A DNA stretch of 64,000 nucleotides from Roseovarius sp. Its GTDB lineage: Bacteria; Pseudomonadota; Alphaproteobacteria; Rhodobacterales; Rhodobacteraceae. The notes beneath the pieces were generated by a model. The model ran no database searches and had not been told where the DNA came from. It was given only the letters and a program-made list of their open reading frames with translations. How positions within the stretch are numbered: the stretch's first letter is position 1; every line of letters begins with the position of its first letter. Below are positions 47,792 to 58,632 of this stretch, piece by piece. The DNA is taken from positions 70,417 through 134,416 of the forward strand of contig NZ_JAVJUC010000022.1 of the NCBI RefSeq assembly GCF_040219995.1, given 5' to 3'. The position numbers and the translations under genes are program-made.

Positions 47792-48964
47792 ATGAATTTC
47801 GACGAGATCATCGACCGCCGCGGCACCGGAAGCACCAAGTGGGACAGGATGGAGGCCTATGGCGGTGTCTCACCCGACGACGGAATCCCGATGTGGGTTG
47901 CCGACATGGATTTTCGGGCGGCGGATGTTTTGCAGGACGCGATGCAAAGCCTCATGGAGCGCGCCAATTACGGCTATTTTCCCGGCGATGCCGAAATGAA
48001 CGAAGCTGTCGCGTGGTGGATGAAAGAGCGCCACGGGTGGCATGCTGACCCGAGCCACATGTCGAGCACCGCGGGGCTGGGGCATGCCATAGCCCTTATC
48101 CTCGAAACCTATACTGATCCCGGCGACGAGGTGATCATCTTCACCCCGGTTTACCACGAGTTCACGCACAAGATCGAGCTGACCAAGCGCGTCGTTCACG
48201 AGTCACCGCTCGTCATCGAGAACGGTATCTACCACATGGATCTGGACGCGCTCGAGGCCGGGCTAAGCGGCAAGGAGCGGATGATGCTCATCTCCTCGCC
48301 GCACAATCCGGCAGGTCGCATCTGGACGCGCGGGGAATTGCGCCAGTTGTCCGAGTTTTGCACGCGCCACGATCTCATCATGGTTTCAGACGAAATCCAT
48401 CACGATCTCGTTTTCCCTGGCCAGACATTCACGCATTTCCTAAATGCCGCCCCCGAGGCTGCGGATCGCACCTTTGTTCTCACCGCTGCGTCGAAAACCT
48501 TCAACACCGCTGGCGCGCGCGTCGGGACGGTCACGATTCCCAATCCCGACCTGCGCACGCGTTTCCGGCAGGCGCTGCTCGAACACCAGACCCAACCCAA
48601 TCTCTTGGGTGTCGAACTGACACGGGCGGCCTATTCGCCGGGTGGAGCGGCCTGGGTTGATGAACTGGTCGCTTATCTCGACGGCAACCATAGGCTTTTC
48701 GTCGATGGGATCGCACAGATTCCCGCGCTGAAGGCCATGCCGATGCAGTCGACATATCTCGCCTGGGTCAACTTTGCCGATACCGGAATGGATATGAAGG
48801 AGGTTCTTCGCAGGGTGCATGAGGACGCGCGCATTGTTCCTTCAGTGGGCGCTGATTTCGGCACCGGCGGTGAAACTTTCCTGCGGTTCAACATCGCCAC
48901 GCCGCGCGCGCGGGTGGCCGAGGCGGTGGAGCGGCTTCAGGCGGCCTTTGCCGATTTGCAATAG
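47792..48964 (+). CDS. MalY/PatB family PLP enzyme (cystathionine beta-lyase-like)
   Basis: PMWVADMDF, SPHNPAGR, SDEIHHD, ASKTFN. Confidence 0.92.
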   Translation: MNFDEIIDRRGTGSTKWDRMEAYGGVSPDDGIPMWVADMDFRAADVLQDAMQSLMERANYGYFPGDAEMNEAVAWWMKERHGWHADPSHMSSTAGLGHAIALILETYTDPGDEVIIFTPVYHEFTHKIELTKRVVHESPLVIENGIYHMDLDALEAGLSGKERMMLISSPHNPAGRIWTRGELRQLSEFCTRHDLIMVSDEIHHDLVFPGQTFTHFLNAAPEAADRTFVLTAASKTFNTAGARVGTVTIPNPDLRTRFRQALLEHQTQPNLLGVELTRAAYSPGGAAWVDELVAYLDGNHRLFVDGIAQIPALKAMPMQSTYLAWVNFADTGMDMKEVLRRVHEDARIVPSVGADFGTGGETFLRFNIATPRARVAEAVERLQAAFADLQ

Positions 48965-48990
48965 CGCGGCAACGAGACATGCCCGCACAG

Positions 48991-49024
48991 AAAAACGGCC
49001 CCGTCATATCGACGGGGCCGTTTC
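48991..49024. terminator. Bidirectional terminator between the MalY-like gene and rpsA
   Basis: aaaaa-cggccccgtc/gacggggccg-ttt. Confidence 0.85.
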
Positions 49025-49047
49025 CATTCTGTCACAGCGTCTGACGC

Positions 49048-50733
49048 TTACTTGTCGTTGTCGCCCTTGAGCGCTGCGCCAAGGATATCGCCGAGCGATG
49101 CACCGGAGTCGGACGAGCCATACTGCTGAACCGCCTCTTTCTCTTCGGCGATCTCGCGGGCCTTGATCGACAGACCCAGACGGCGGGTCTTGCTGTCCAC
49201 GTTGGTGACGCGGACGTCCACCTTGTCGCCGACCGAGAAGCGCTCGGGGCGCTGCTCGGCGCGGTCACGGCTGAGGTCGGAGCGGCGGATGAAGGATTTC
49301 ATGCCCTCGTATTCCACCTCGACGCCGCCATCCTCGATCGCCGTCACTTCGACGGTGATGATCGAGCCGCGCTTCACGCCACCCACGGCATCGGCGAACT
49401 TGTCACCGCCGAGGGCCTTGATGGAAAGCGAGATACGCTCTTTCTCGATGTCGACCTCGGAGACGACCGCCTGAACCACATCGCCTTTCTTGTAGTTCTG
49501 GATCGCTTCCTCGCCGCGCTCGTCCCAGCTCAGATCGCTGAGGTGGACCATGCCGTCGATTTCGCCTTCGAGACCGATGAACAGACCGAATTCGGTGATG
49601 TTCTTGACCTCGCCCTCGACCTCGGTGCCGGCAGGGTGGGTCTCGGCAAAGACTTCCCACGGGTTGCGCATGGTCTGCTTGAGGCCAAGGCTGACACGAC
49701 GCTTGGCGCTGTCGATTTCCAGAACCATGACTTCGACCTCTTGCGAGGTGGAGACGATCTTGCCGGGGTGCACGTTCTTCTTGGTCCAGGACATTTCCGA
49801 GACGTGGACCAGACCTTCGACACCGGGCTCCAGCTCGACGAAGGCACCGTAATCGGTGATGTTCGTCACGCGGCCGGTATGCACCGAATCGAGCGGGTAC
49901 TTGGCGGCGACCAGATCCCACGGATCTTCCTGCAGCTGCTTCATGCCGAGGCTGATGCGGTGCGTGTCCTTGTTGATCTTGATGACCTGAACCTTGACGG
50001 TCTCGCCGATCGTGAGGATTTCCGACGGGTGATTGACGCGGCGCCAGGCCATGTCGGTGACGTGCAAGAGGCCGTCGACACCGCCGAGATCCACGAAGGC
50101 CCCGTATTCGGTGATGTTCTTGACCACACCATCGACCGTCTGGCCCTCGGTGAGGTTGGCGTTGTCCTGGGCGGGCTGTTCGGCGCGGCTTTCTTCCAGA
50201 ATGGCGCGGCGCGACACGACGATATTGCCGCGGCGGCGATCCATCTTGAGGATCTGGAAGGGCTGCTTGAGACCCATGAGCGGGCCTGCGTCACGCACCG
50301 GGCGGACATCGACCTGAGAGCCGGGCAGGAAGGCCACGGCACCGCCGAGATCGACGGTGAAGCCACCCTTGACGCGGCCAAAGATCGCGCCTTCGACGCG
50401 CTCTTCGTCGGCATAGGCCTTTTCGAGACGGTCCCATGCCTCTTCGCGGCGGGCCATCTCGCGGCTGACCACGGCTTCGCCACGGGAGTTCTCTGCAGAG
50501 CGCAGGAAGACCTCGACCTCGTCGCCGACGGAAATGTCGGGCTGCTCGCCGGGATTTGCGAATTCTTTCAGATCAACGCGGCCTTCCATCTTGTAGCCGA
50601 CGTCGATGATGGCTTGTCCCGCCTCGATGGCGATGACCTTGCCTTTGACAACCGTGCCCTCGTCGGGCGTGTCCATTTCGAAGCTTTCTTCAAGGAGGGC
50701 TTCGAAATCCTCCATAGATACGTTCTGAGCCAT
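49048..50733 (-). CDS. rpsA: 30S ribosomal protein S1
   Basis: Six S1 repeats (NITEYGAFV, GLLHVTD, GLVHVSE); start moved to MAQNVS. Confidence 0.98.
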   Translation of the reverse strand: MAQNVSMEDFEALLEESFEMDTPDEGTVVKGKVIAIEAGQAIIDVGYKMEGRVDLKEFANPGEQPDISVGDEVEVFLRSAENSRGEAVVSREMARREEAWDRLEKAYADEERVEGAIFGRVKGGFTVDLGGAVAFLPGSQVDVRPVRDAGPLMGLKQPFQILKMDRRRGNIVVSRRAILEESRAEQPAQDNANLTEGQTVDGVVKNITEYGAFVDLGGVDGLLHVTDMAWRRVNHPSEILTIGETVKVQVIKINKDTHRISLGMKQLQEDPWDLVAAKYPLDSVHTGRVTNITDYGAFVELEPGVEGLVHVSEMSWTKKNVHPGKIVSTSQEVEVMVLEIDSAKRRVSLGLKQTMRNPWEVFAETHPAGTEVEGEVKNITEFGLFIGLEGEIDGMVHLSDLSWDERGEEAIQNYKKGDVVQAVVSEVDIEKERISLSIKALGGDKFADAVGGVKRGSIITVEVTAIEDGGVEVEYEGMKSFIRRSDLSRDRAEQRPERFSVGDKVDVRVTNVDSKTRRLGLSIKAREIAEEKEAVQQYGSSDSGASLGDILGAALKGDNDK

Positions 50734-50894
50734 GTGGTCTCTGGTTTCCTTTGATCGGTTTTCTGGCCGCGCGGTTGTCTCCGCCGGTCTTGGGGTTTCA
50801 TTGGTCAGGCGGGTCACAAAACAAAGAGGGCCGGTGGTGCCGACCCTGCTCGATCTCAATGCTTCGTGGCGGTTTCCGCCTTGTTGACGCGCCG

Positions 50895-50923
50895 CGTATA
50901 GCGGGGGCGGGGGCGTAAATCAA
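50895..50923 (-). promoter_or_regulatory. Sigma70-type promoter TTGATT-N17-TATACG for rpsA
   Basis: Read on the minus strand. Confidence 0.65.
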
Positions 50924-50927
50924 GCGT

Positions 50928-51551
50928 CTAAAGCGCCCCAAGGCGGGCTTTTGCCCGGTCCACCTCGGCCACCGCCGCCGCGACGGCCTGATCTATGGTC
51001 ATCTCGGATGTGTCGAGCCTGAGCGCATCTTCGGCGGGTTTCAGCGGGGCCGCCGCGCGGGCGCTGTCGCGGGCGTCGCGCTGGCGCAGGTCGTCCATGA
51101 CCTCGTCGAGCGTGGCCGTGTGGCCGCTCTCGCTGAGTTCCTTGTGCCGCCGCCGGGCGCGTTCGGTGTCCGAGGCGGTGACGAACAGCTTCACCTCCGC
51201 CTCCGGGCAGATCACCGTCCCGATATCGCGGCCATCAAGCACCGCGCCGCCCGCGCGCCGGGCGAAGGCGCGCTGGAAATCCAGGAGCGCCTGCCGCACC
51301 TCGGGGATCGCGGCGACGCGGCTGGCGGCCTGGCTGACATCGGGTGTGCGCAGGTCGTCCGCCTCCAGATCCTCGGCGCGCAGGCTTTGCGCCGCCTCGA
51401 CCGGATCGAGCCCGGTCAGCACACGCCGCCCGGTGGCGCGGTAGAGCAGCCCGGTATCGAGATGCGCAAAGCCGAAATGGCGGCTGAGCGCCCGCCCGAT
51501 GGTGCCCTTGCCCGCCGCTGCCGGTCCGTCGATTGCTATGGTGAACGCCAT
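50928..51551 (-). CDS. cmk: Cytidylate kinase
   Basis: [33 protein letters not shown]. Confidence 0.96.
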   Translation of the reverse strand: MAFTIAIDGPAAAGKGTIGRALSRHFGFAHLDTGLLYRATGRRVLTGLDPVEAAQSLRAEDLEADDLRTPDVSQAASRVAAIPEVRQALLDFQRAFARRAGGAVLDGRDIGTVICPEAEVKLFVTASDTERARRRHKELSESGHTATLDEVMDDLRQRDARDSARAAAPLKPAEDALRLDTSEMTIDQAVAAAVAEVDRAKARLGAL

Positions 51552-51649
51552 GCCTGCCCTCGTCTTCTTTGGACCATCTTGCTAGCCGATCCGGTCCCGC
51601 GCCTCAAGCATCGCTTGACGCAGCGGCCCGGGCGCGGCATCACCCGGAT

Positions 51650-51988
51650 ATGCTGATTTACAAGATATTCCGTGGCCCCGAATGGGCCGATCTGCGCGCC
51701 AGGGGCGAAAGCGCCGGTGCGCCGGTCGATCTCGCCGATGGCTATGTGCATTTCTCGACCGCCGATCAGGCCGCCGAGACCGCTGCCAAACATTTCGCGG
51801 GCGAGGACGGGCTGATGCTTCTGGCCATCGAGACTGACCGTCTGGGCGAGGCCCTCAAATGGGAGCCGTCGCGCGGTGGCGCGCTCTTCCCGCATCTCTA
51901 CCGCGAATTGCGTCTGTCGGATGTGGCCTGGGCGCAGCCCTTGCCGCTGGTGGATGGCGTGCATCAGTTCCCGGCAGGTCTGGAATGA
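51650..51988 (+). CDS. DUF952 family protein
   Basis: [30 protein letters not shown]. Confidence 0.9.
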   Translation: MLIYKIFRGPEWADLRARGESAGAPVDLADGYVHFSTADQAAETAAKHFAGEDGLMLLAIETDRLGEALKWEPSRGGALFPHLYRELRLSDVAWAQPLPLVDGVHQFPAGLE

Positions 51989-53043
51989 CCATGCTGGAGC
52001 GGCTCGGCCTTGGCCTGCTGCACCGGTTTGATCCGGAAGCCGCGCATGGTCTGGCGCTGCGGGCACTTCGCATGGGGCTGACGCCCAGCGCCGGGCCGGT
52101 CACGAGTGCGCGGCTCAGGACCGATCTGGCGGGGCTGTCGCTGCCCAACCCGGTGGGCCTTGCCGCGGGGTTCGACAAGAATGCCGAGGCGCTCGGGCCG
52201 TTGAGCCGGGCAGGGTTCGGGTTCATCGAGGTGGGGGCGGTCACGCCGCGCCCGCAGCCCGGCAACCCGCGCCCGCGCCTGTTTCGGCTGACCGAGGATC
52301 GCGGGGTCATCAACCGCTTCGGCTTCAACAACGAGGGCATGGAGGCCGCGGCCGTGCGGCTGGCCAACCGCCCGCGCGACGCGGTGATCGGCCTCAATCT
52401 GGGGGCCAACAAGGACAGCGGTGACCGGGCCGAGGATTTTGCCCGCGTGCTGGCGCATTGCGGCGCGCATCTCGATTTCGCGACGGTCAATGTCAGCAGC
52501 CCCAACACCGAAAAGCTGCGCGATCTGCAAGGGGCCGAGGCGCTGATGGGTCTGTTGAAAGGGGTCATGGAGGCGCGCGACTGGCTGCCGCGCCCGATCC
52601 CGGTTTTCCTCAAGATCGCGCCGGATTTGAGTGACACGGAACTGTCTGAAATCGCCGATGTGGCGCGTGCGAGCGGAATCAGCGGCATCATCGCCACCAA
52701 CACCACGCTGGATCGCGACGGGCTGCTAAGCCCGGCACGCGATCAGGCGGGGGGGCTGTCTGGCCGGCCACTGTTCGAGAAATCGACGCGGGTGCTGGCG
52801 CGGCTGTCGCAGCTGACCGGCGGCGAGATGCCGCTGATCGGTGTGGGCGGTGTCGGCTCTGCCGAGGATGCCTATGCCAAGATCCGCGCGGGGGCACATG
52901 CCGTGCAGCTTTACTCGGCGCTGGTTTATGAGGGGCTTTCGCTTGTGTCGGACATCGCAAAGGGCCTTGATGCGCTGCTTGAACGCGACGGGTACGCCAC
53001 CGTGGCCGAGGCCGTGGGCACCAAACGAGGGGACTGGCTGTGA
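51985..53043 (+). CDS. pyrD: Quinone-dependent dihydroorotate dehydrogenase
   Basis: [33 protein letters not shown]. Confidence 0.97.
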   Translation: MTMLERLGLGLLHRFDPEAAHGLALRALRMGLTPSAGPVTSARLRTDLAGLSLPNPVGLAAGFDKNAEALGPLSRAGFGFIEVGAVTPRPQPGNPRPRLFRLTEDRGVINRFGFNNEGMEAAAVRLANRPRDAVIGLNLGANKDSGDRAEDFARVLAHCGAHLDFATVNVSSPNTEKLRDLQGAEALMGLLKGVMEARDWLPRPIPVFLKIAPDLSDTELSEIADVARASGISGIIATNTTLDRDGLLSPARDQAGGLSGRPLFEKSTRVLARLSQLTGGEMPLIGVGGVGSAEDAYAKIRAGAHAVQLYSALVYEGLSLVSDIAKGLDALLERDGYATVAEAVGTKRGDWL

Positions 53044-53381
53044 TCACCTATTGGCATAATCCGCGCTGTTCCAAATCGCGTGCGGGACTTGCCTTGCTCG
53101 AAGAGCGCGGGGCCGAGGTGAGCGTGCGGCGCTATCTAGAGGATGCGCCGACCGAGGCCGAATTGCGCGATGTTCTGGCGCGGCTTGATGTGGCACCCAT
53201 CGGGATGATGCGGCCCGGAGAGGCGCGGTTCAAGGACCTGGGTCTGAGCCGTGACAGCGACCCGGAGACGCTGATCGCCGCGATGGCCGAACACCCGATC
53301 CTGATCGAGCGGCCGATTGGTGTGACCGAAGGCAGTGCCGCGATCGGACGCCCGCCCGAAAACCTGCTGTCGCTGCTCTGA
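53040..53381 (+). CDS. arsC: ArsC family (glutaredoxin-type arsenate reductase-like) protein
   Basis: [24 protein letters not shown]. Confidence 0.85.
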   Translation: MITYWHNPRCSKSRAGLALLEERGAEVSVRRYLEDAPTEAELRDVLARLDVAPIGMMRPGEARFKDLGLSRDSDPETLIAAMAEHPILIERPIGVTEGSAAIGRPPENLLSLL

Positions 53382-53441
53382 GCCCGAAAACGCAATCGGG
53401 CGCGCCCGATGACGCGCCCGATATCTGAGCCTGATCGGTGA

Positions 53442-54464
53442 TCAGCCCTTTTTCAGCACCCGTTGGCCGAGCGTCTCGGCGATCTGCACGGCGTTCAATG
53501 CGGCCCCCTTGCGCAGGTTGTCACTGACGCACCACAGGTTGATGCCGTTGTCGATGGTCGGATCCTGCCGGATGCGGCTGATGAAGGTGGCGAAATCGCC
53601 GACGCATTCGATGGGCGTGACGTAGCCGCCATCCTCGCGCTTGTCGATCACCATGATGCCGGGGGCCTCGCGCAGGATGTCGCGTGCCTCGGCCTCGTCG
53701 AGATGGTCCTCGAACTCGATATTGATCGCCTCGGCATGGCCGACAAAGACCGGCACGCGCACGCAGGTCGCGGTGACCTTGATCTTCGGATCGACGATCT
53801 TCTTGGTCTCGGCGACCATCTTCCATTCTTCCTTGGTCTGGCCGTCCTCGAGGAACACGTCGATATGCGGGATCACGTTGAAGGCGATCTGCTTGGGGTA
53901 GACCTTGGCCTGATAATCGTCGGTCGGGTTGTAGACCGCCTTGGTCTGGTCCCACAGCTCGTCGATGCCGTCCTTGCCCGAGCCCGACACCGACTGGTAG
54001 GTCGAGACGACGACGCGCTTGATCCGGGCGCGGTCATGCAGCGGCTTCAGCGCCACCACCATCTGCGCGGTGGAGCAGTTGGGGTTGGCGATGATGTTCT
54101 TCTTGGCATAGCCCTCGACCGCCTGCGGGTTAACCTCGGGCACCACGAGCGGCACGTCGGGGTCGTAGCGGTAGAGCGACGAGTTGTCGATCACGATGCA
54201 GCCCGCCTTGGCCGCCTTGGGCGCATAGGTCTTGGTTGCGTCCGAGCCGATGGCGAAGAGCGCGATATCCCAGCCGGTGAAATCGAACGTGTCGAGATCA
54301 AGGGTCTTGAGCGTGCGGTCGCCAAAGCTGACTTCGGTGCCGAGCGAGCGGCGCGACGCGAGTGCGGCGATCTCGTCCACCGGAAACTCGCGCTCGGCGA
54401 GGATGTTCAGCATTTCGCGGCCCACATTGCCCGTGGCGCCAACGACGGCGATTCTGTAACCCAT
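53442..54464 (-). CDS. asd: Aspartate-semialdehyde dehydrogenase
   Basis: VVGATGNVG, IIANPNCST, DNLRKGAALNAVQIAE. Confidence 0.97.
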   Translation of the reverse strand: MGYRIAVVGATGNVGREMLNILAEREFPVDEIAALASRRSLGTEVSFGDRTLKTLDLDTFDFTGWDIALFAIGSDATKTYAPKAAKAGCIVIDNSSLYRYDPDVPLVVPEVNPQAVEGYAKKNIIANPNCSTAQMVVALKPLHDRARIKRVVVSTYQSVSGSGKDGIDELWDQTKAVYNPTDDYQAKVYPKQIAFNVIPHIDVFLEDGQTKEEWKMVAETKKIVDPKIKVTATCVRVPVFVGHAEAINIEFEDHLDEAEARDILREAPGIMVIDKREDGGYVTPIECVGDFATFISRIRQDPTIDNGINLWCVSDNLRKGAALNAVQIAETLGQRVLKKG

Positions 54465-54539
54465 GTGTATCATGCCTCCTGATCGGGGTTGCGGTGCGGG
54501 TCATACAGGGATTGCGGGGGATGTGAAAGGGGCGGGTTG

Positions 54540-55712
54540 TCAGCCCATGTTGTCGCGGCTGAAGAGGTAGATCACCAGCCCGACGAGCAGCGCAGTGCCG
54601 AAGAGTGCGAAGATCGCCACATATCCCGCCAGCGGGCCGGTGGAGGCCGTCGCCGCGTGCAGCGGGCCAGAGGCGAATTGCGCGACGCCCACTCCGCCGA
54701 TGCCGAAGAGGTTGAGCAGCGTCACCCCGCGACCCGCCAGATGCGGCGGGAAAAAGCTGCGGCCATGCGCGATGATCACCGGGAAGGACGCGCCCGAGAA
54801 GCCGATGATCGCCAGCAGGGCGATTGAGAGCGCAAGGCTCGCATCCGGCCAGAGCATCAGCGTGCATGTGGCCAGCGCGCAGATCAGATTGCCGGTGAAG
54901 ATCACCCATTTGCGGGTCTGGAACAGCCGGTCGAGCGGGCCGTAGCTGAGCGTTCCGGCGATCATCGCCAGCCCCATGACCAGCGTCGCCTGCCCGACCT
55001 GCCCGGTATCGAGCATGAAGACGTCTGTGAGGTAGGGCCCGGCCCAGAGCCCGCGCAGCGCGGCGGCAGGCGCATAGGCCACGAACATCAGCGGCAGGAT
55101 CGTCCAGAGGGCGGGCATTTTCAGCAGGTCGAGGACCGAGCCGCGGGTCTCGCCGGTCACGGCCTCGGGATCGCGCACGAGGGTTTGAATGCCGAGGGCG
55201 ATGACCGCCGATATGCCCGCCAGCCCCCAGAGTGCTGCGCGCCAGCCCATCGTTTCTGCCGCCCAGGCCATTGGCCAGGCGGCCACCAGGTTGCCCACCG
55301 ATCCCACCCCCAGCATCAAGGCTGCGAGGATGGCAAAGCGCGCGGGCGGGAATTGCCTTGCGAAGATGTAGTAGGACGCCATCAGCACCGGCGAACAGCC
55401 TACCCCGATGAGCGCCATCGCAAGGCTGACATGCAGCGGCGTGGTGGCGAGCGCGAATAGCGCGGCCCCGCCGCCCCCGCCCACCAGCAAAAGCACCGCC
55501 GCCGTGCGGCGCGGGCCGATCCGGTCGAGCGCCCAACCGACCGGTATCTGCATCGCAGCGAAGATCACGAACCACAGCCCCGAGGCAAAGGCCAGATCAT
55601 CCGGCGTGGTGCCGATATCGCGCGCCAATGGCCCGCTGAGCACCGCAAGGAAGGCGCGAAAGAACTGGCTCAGCACATAGGCGAGGCAGAGCAGGGCGAG
55701 GCCGGCACGCAT
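54540..55712 (-). CDS. MFS transporter
   Basis: About 12 TMs, G..LDR.GPRR and G.LDR.F..RK motifs; start moved to MRAGLA. Confidence 0.9.
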   Translation of the reverse strand: MRAGLALLCLAYVLSQFFRAFLAVLSGPLARDIGTTPDDLAFASGLWFVIFAAMQIPVGWALDRIGPRRTAAVLLLVGGGGGAALFALATTPLHVSLAMALIGVGCSPVLMASYYIFARQFPPARFAILAALMLGVGSVGNLVAAWPMAWAAETMGWRAALWGLAGISAVIALGIQTLVRDPEAVTGETRGSVLDLLKMPALWTILPLMFVAYAPAAALRGLWAGPYLTDVFMLDTGQVGQATLVMGLAMIAGTLSYGPLDRLFQTRKWVIFTGNLICALATCTLMLWPDASLALSIALLAIIGFSGASFPVIIAHGRSFFPPHLAGRGVTLLNLFGIGGVGVAQFASGPLHAATASTGPLAGYVAIFALFGTALLVGLVIYLFSRDNMG

Positions 55713-55741
55713 GGATGAGGTTTCCTTTTCGGCGGCCGGGC

Positions 55742-56671
55742 TTAGGTGCCGCCACGCGTGATCAGCACATCGACATGGGCCGCCGCGCTCTCGGCGAGGG
55801 CATAGAGGTTGTAGCCACCCTCCAGACAACTGACGAGGCGGCCACCGCAGAGATCATCCGCCAGACCGCAGAGCCGCTCGGTGATCCAGGTGAAATCCTC
55901 GGTCTCCAATGTCAGTTCCGCAAGCGGGTCGTCGCGATGTGCGTCGAAGCCGGCGGAAACGAGGATCAGATCGGGTTTGAAGGCGCGCAGGCGGGGAAAC
56001 ACCGTGTCCTCGTAGGCGCGGCGGAACGCATTGCTGCCCGAGCGCGGGGCGAGCGGCACGTTGAGGATGGTGTCATGCGGTCCGGTCTCATCCGGGGCAC
56101 CGGTGCCCGGCCAGAGCGGATACTGATGCGACGAGACGAAGAGCGCGCGCGGCTCGTCCTCCAGCAGGTCCTGCGTGCCGTTGCCGTGATGCACGTCGAA
56201 ATCCACCACCGCGACGTGGCCCAGCCCATGATGATCGAGCGCGTATTTCGCCGCCGCCGCGACATTGCCGAACAGGCAAAACCCCATCGGGGTTTCACGC
56301 TCGGCATGGTGCCCCGGCGGGCGGGTCGCGACAAAGGCGTTATGCGCCTCGCCCGACAGCACCAGATCGACGCCGCGGATCGCGCCACCGGCACCGCGAT
56401 GCGCCGCCGCAAGGCTGCCCGGCGACATCCATGTGTCGGCATCCAGCTGCGCCAGCCCCTCGGTGGGGGCTGCGGCGCGGATCGTCTCGAGATAACCTTT
56501 GGGATGGACCCGTAGCAGATCGTCCTCGGCCACCAGCGGGGCGGTGACGCGCAGCAGGTCCTTTTCCACCAGCGCCGCCAGAACCCGCTCCAGCCGGGCC
56601 ACCTGTTCGGGATGGCCCTCGGGCGGTTCATGCCCCAGGCAATCGGGATGGGTGATCAGGGCAGTGGTCAT
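55742..56671 (-). CDS. Histone deacetylase family (AcuC-like) amidohydrolase
   Basis: HPE...R, RPPGHHA, GFCLFGN, DFDVHHGNGT, SAGFDAH..DPL, LEGGY. Confidence 0.93.
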   Translation of the reverse strand: MTTALITHPDCLGHEPPEGHPEQVARLERVLAALVEKDLLRVTAPLVAEDDLLRVHPKGYLETIRAAAPTEGLAQLDADTWMSPGSLAAAHRGAGGAIRGVDLVLSGEAHNAFVATRPPGHHAERETPMGFCLFGNVAAAAKYALDHHGLGHVAVVDFDVHHGNGTQDLLEDEPRALFVSSHQYPLWPGTGAPDETGPHDTILNVPLAPRSGSNAFRRAYEDTVFPRLRAFKPDLILVSAGFDAHRDDPLAELTLETEDFTWITERLCGLADDLCGGRLVSCLEGGYNLYALAESAAAHVDVLITRGGT

Positions 56672-56770
56672 GGCGCTCCTCCGTCATTGATCGGGTGAAC
56701 AGAACCGGATTTTCCCGCCTTGTCCAGTGCAGCCTTGTCGGCGCGCGGGGGGCATGCCACTCTGGCTGGT

Positions 56771-58084
56771 ATGGAAGGTGATGCCGTCACGTTGACCCAG
56801 GATATCGCGCTCGGGCTATGGGCGCAGTTGGAACTGTTCCTGCGCAGCCTGCTGCGCCCGTGGAACGCGTATCAGGTCATCATCGCGGTCGGTCTCTTCG
56901 GGCTGGCGCATGTCCTCAGCGCCCTGCTTGGCCCGGTCTGCCGCGAGTGGATGCGGCGGCGCGAGGGCTGGCCGAAATGGCGCATGCGGCTGCTGGTGAT
57001 GCTGCACCGGCGGCTGCGGCTGATCTTTTTCGTGATGCTGATCTGGCCTTTGGTCTGGCTGATGCAGACCTATACCTGGCCCAGCCGGTCCTACCTGTTG
57101 ACGATCATTGCCGAACTGGCGCTCGCCTGGCTGGTGATCGCCATCGTGACCCGGCTGATCACCAACAGCTTTCTGCGCGCGCTGGTGCGCTATGCGGGCT
57201 GGATATGGGTGACGCTGATCATCCTCAACCTGACCGAGGAGGCGCAGACGCTGCTCGATGGCTGGGCGTTCGAGTTCGGCGAGACGCGGCTTTCGCTCTG
57301 GCTGATCGTGCAGGCGGTAATCGTGATCGGCGTGCTCTTTGCCATGGCGCGGTTCATCTCGACCACGAGTGCGGCGCAGGTGCGCAAGAACGCCGATATT
57401 TCGCCCTCGATGCAGGTGCTGGTGGTCAAGTTCCTGCAAGTGCTACTTTACGGTGCGGCGTTCTTCATCGGCCTGCGCACGGTGGGGGTGGACCTGACCG
57501 GCCTTGCGGTGCTGTCGGGTGCCATTGGCGTGGGGCTTGGGTTCGGCCTGCAAAAGGTGGTGTCGAATCTGGTTTCGGGCGTGATCATCCTGCTCGACAA
57601 GTCGATCAAGCCGGGCGACGTGATCAGCCTTGGCGAGACCTTTGGCTGGATCAACAGTCTGGGGGCGCGTTATGTGTCGATCACCACGCGCGACGGGCGC
57701 GAGTATCTGATCCCGAACGAGGATCTGATCACCGGGCAGGTGGTCAACTGGTCGCATTCCAACGATTTCGTGCGGCTCGATATCTATTTCGGCACCGCCT
57801 ATGGCGACGACCCGCACAAGGTGCGCAAGATCGCCATCGACGCCGCCAAGAGCGTCGACCGTGTGTTGAGCGTCAAGCCACCGGTCTGCCATATCGTCGG
57901 CTTTGGCGACAGCAGTGTCGACTATATCCTGCGGTTCTGGATTCGCGATCCCACCGGCGGCCTCACAAATATTCGCGGCAATGTCTATCTGGCCCTCTGG
58001 GATGCGTTTCAGGCGGGTGGCATTTCCATCCCCTTCCCACAGCGCGAGGTGCGGATGTTGGGCGAACCGGCGCCGATTGGGTAA
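56771..58084 (+). CDS. Small-conductance mechanosensitive channel (MscS family)
   Basis: GAIGVGLGFGLQKVVSNLVSG, IKPGDVI, LIPNE. Confidence 0.92.
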   Translation: MEGDAVTLTQDIALGLWAQLELFLRSLLRPWNAYQVIIAVGLFGLAHVLSALLGPVCREWMRRREGWPKWRMRLLVMLHRRLRLIFFVMLIWPLVWLMQTYTWPSRSYLLTIIAELALAWLVIAIVTRLITNSFLRALVRYAGWIWVTLIILNLTEEAQTLLDGWAFEFGETRLSLWLIVQAVIVIGVLFAMARFISTTSAAQVRKNADISPSMQVLVVKFLQVLLYGAAFFIGLRTVGVDLTGLAVLSGAIGVGLGFGLQKVVSNLVSGVIILLDKSIKPGDVISLGETFGWINSLGARYVSITTRDGREYLIPNEDLITGQVVNWSHSNDFVRLDIYFGTAYGDDPHKVRKIAIDAAKSVDRVLSVKPPVCHIVGFGDSSVDYILRFWIRDPTGGLTNIRGNVYLALWDAFQAGGISIPFPQREVRMLGEPAPIG

Positions 58085-58215
58085 AATCAGCGCATATTCG
58101 CGTGGATTTTCCCTTGCATGCGTTGCGTTTCATTGAAAAGTCACGTTTGTCTTGCTACCTTTGATATACGCTCGGCACCGGGGCTTTGCGGTGCGCCAGA
58201 GAGGAGGACTATGTC

Positions 58216-58632
58216 CTGTCTTTTACAATGCATGCGGCAGGCGCCGCTGAGCAGGGGGCGTATCCGATGACGCCCGTCACGACCGCAGACAGCGAAGCGC
58301 AGCTTGCGGCGATCCTTCAATCCCTTTCCGACGACAAGGCCGAAGACGTCGTGCAGATTGATCTGCGCGGCAAGACCGCCATGGGTGATTACATGGTGAT
58401 CTGCTCGGGGCGGTCGTCGCGGCAGGTCTCGGCGATTGCCGAGAAACTGGTGGATCGGCTCAAGCAGGAGCATGGCGTTCCGGCCCGCACCGAGGGCAGG
58501 GACACCGGCGACTGGGTGCTGATCGACACGGGCGACGTGATCGTCCATGTCTTCCGCCCCGAAGTGCGCGAGTTCTATCAGCTTGAGAAGATGTGGATGC
58601 CCATCGGGCAGACGGCAGCGACCCAAGCCTGA
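58216..58632 (+). CDS. rsfS: Ribosome silencing factor; start uncertain (CTG 58216, ATG 58228 or ATG 58267)
   Basis: DKAEDVV.IDL, D.MVICSG.S.RQV, WVLID.GDVIVHVF...R.FY.LEK.W. Confidence 0.93.
   Translation: MSFTMHAAGAAEQGAYPMTPVTTADSEAQLAAILQSLSDDKAEDVVQIDLRGKTAMGDYMVICSGRSSRQVSAIAEKLVDRLKQEHGVPARTEGRDTGDWVLIDTGDVIVHVFRPEVREFYQLEKMWMPIGQTAATQA

Noticed and set aside
53040-53381. Arsenic resistance locus
   Set aside because: The ArsC-family gene is coupled to pyrD with no arsB/acr3 nearby, and the ArsR-type gene is 32 kb away and unlinked.
54540-56671. HDAC-like enzyme plus MFS transporter as a novel catabolic unit
   Set aside because: Only adjacency supports it; there is no regulator or substrate clue in the sequence.
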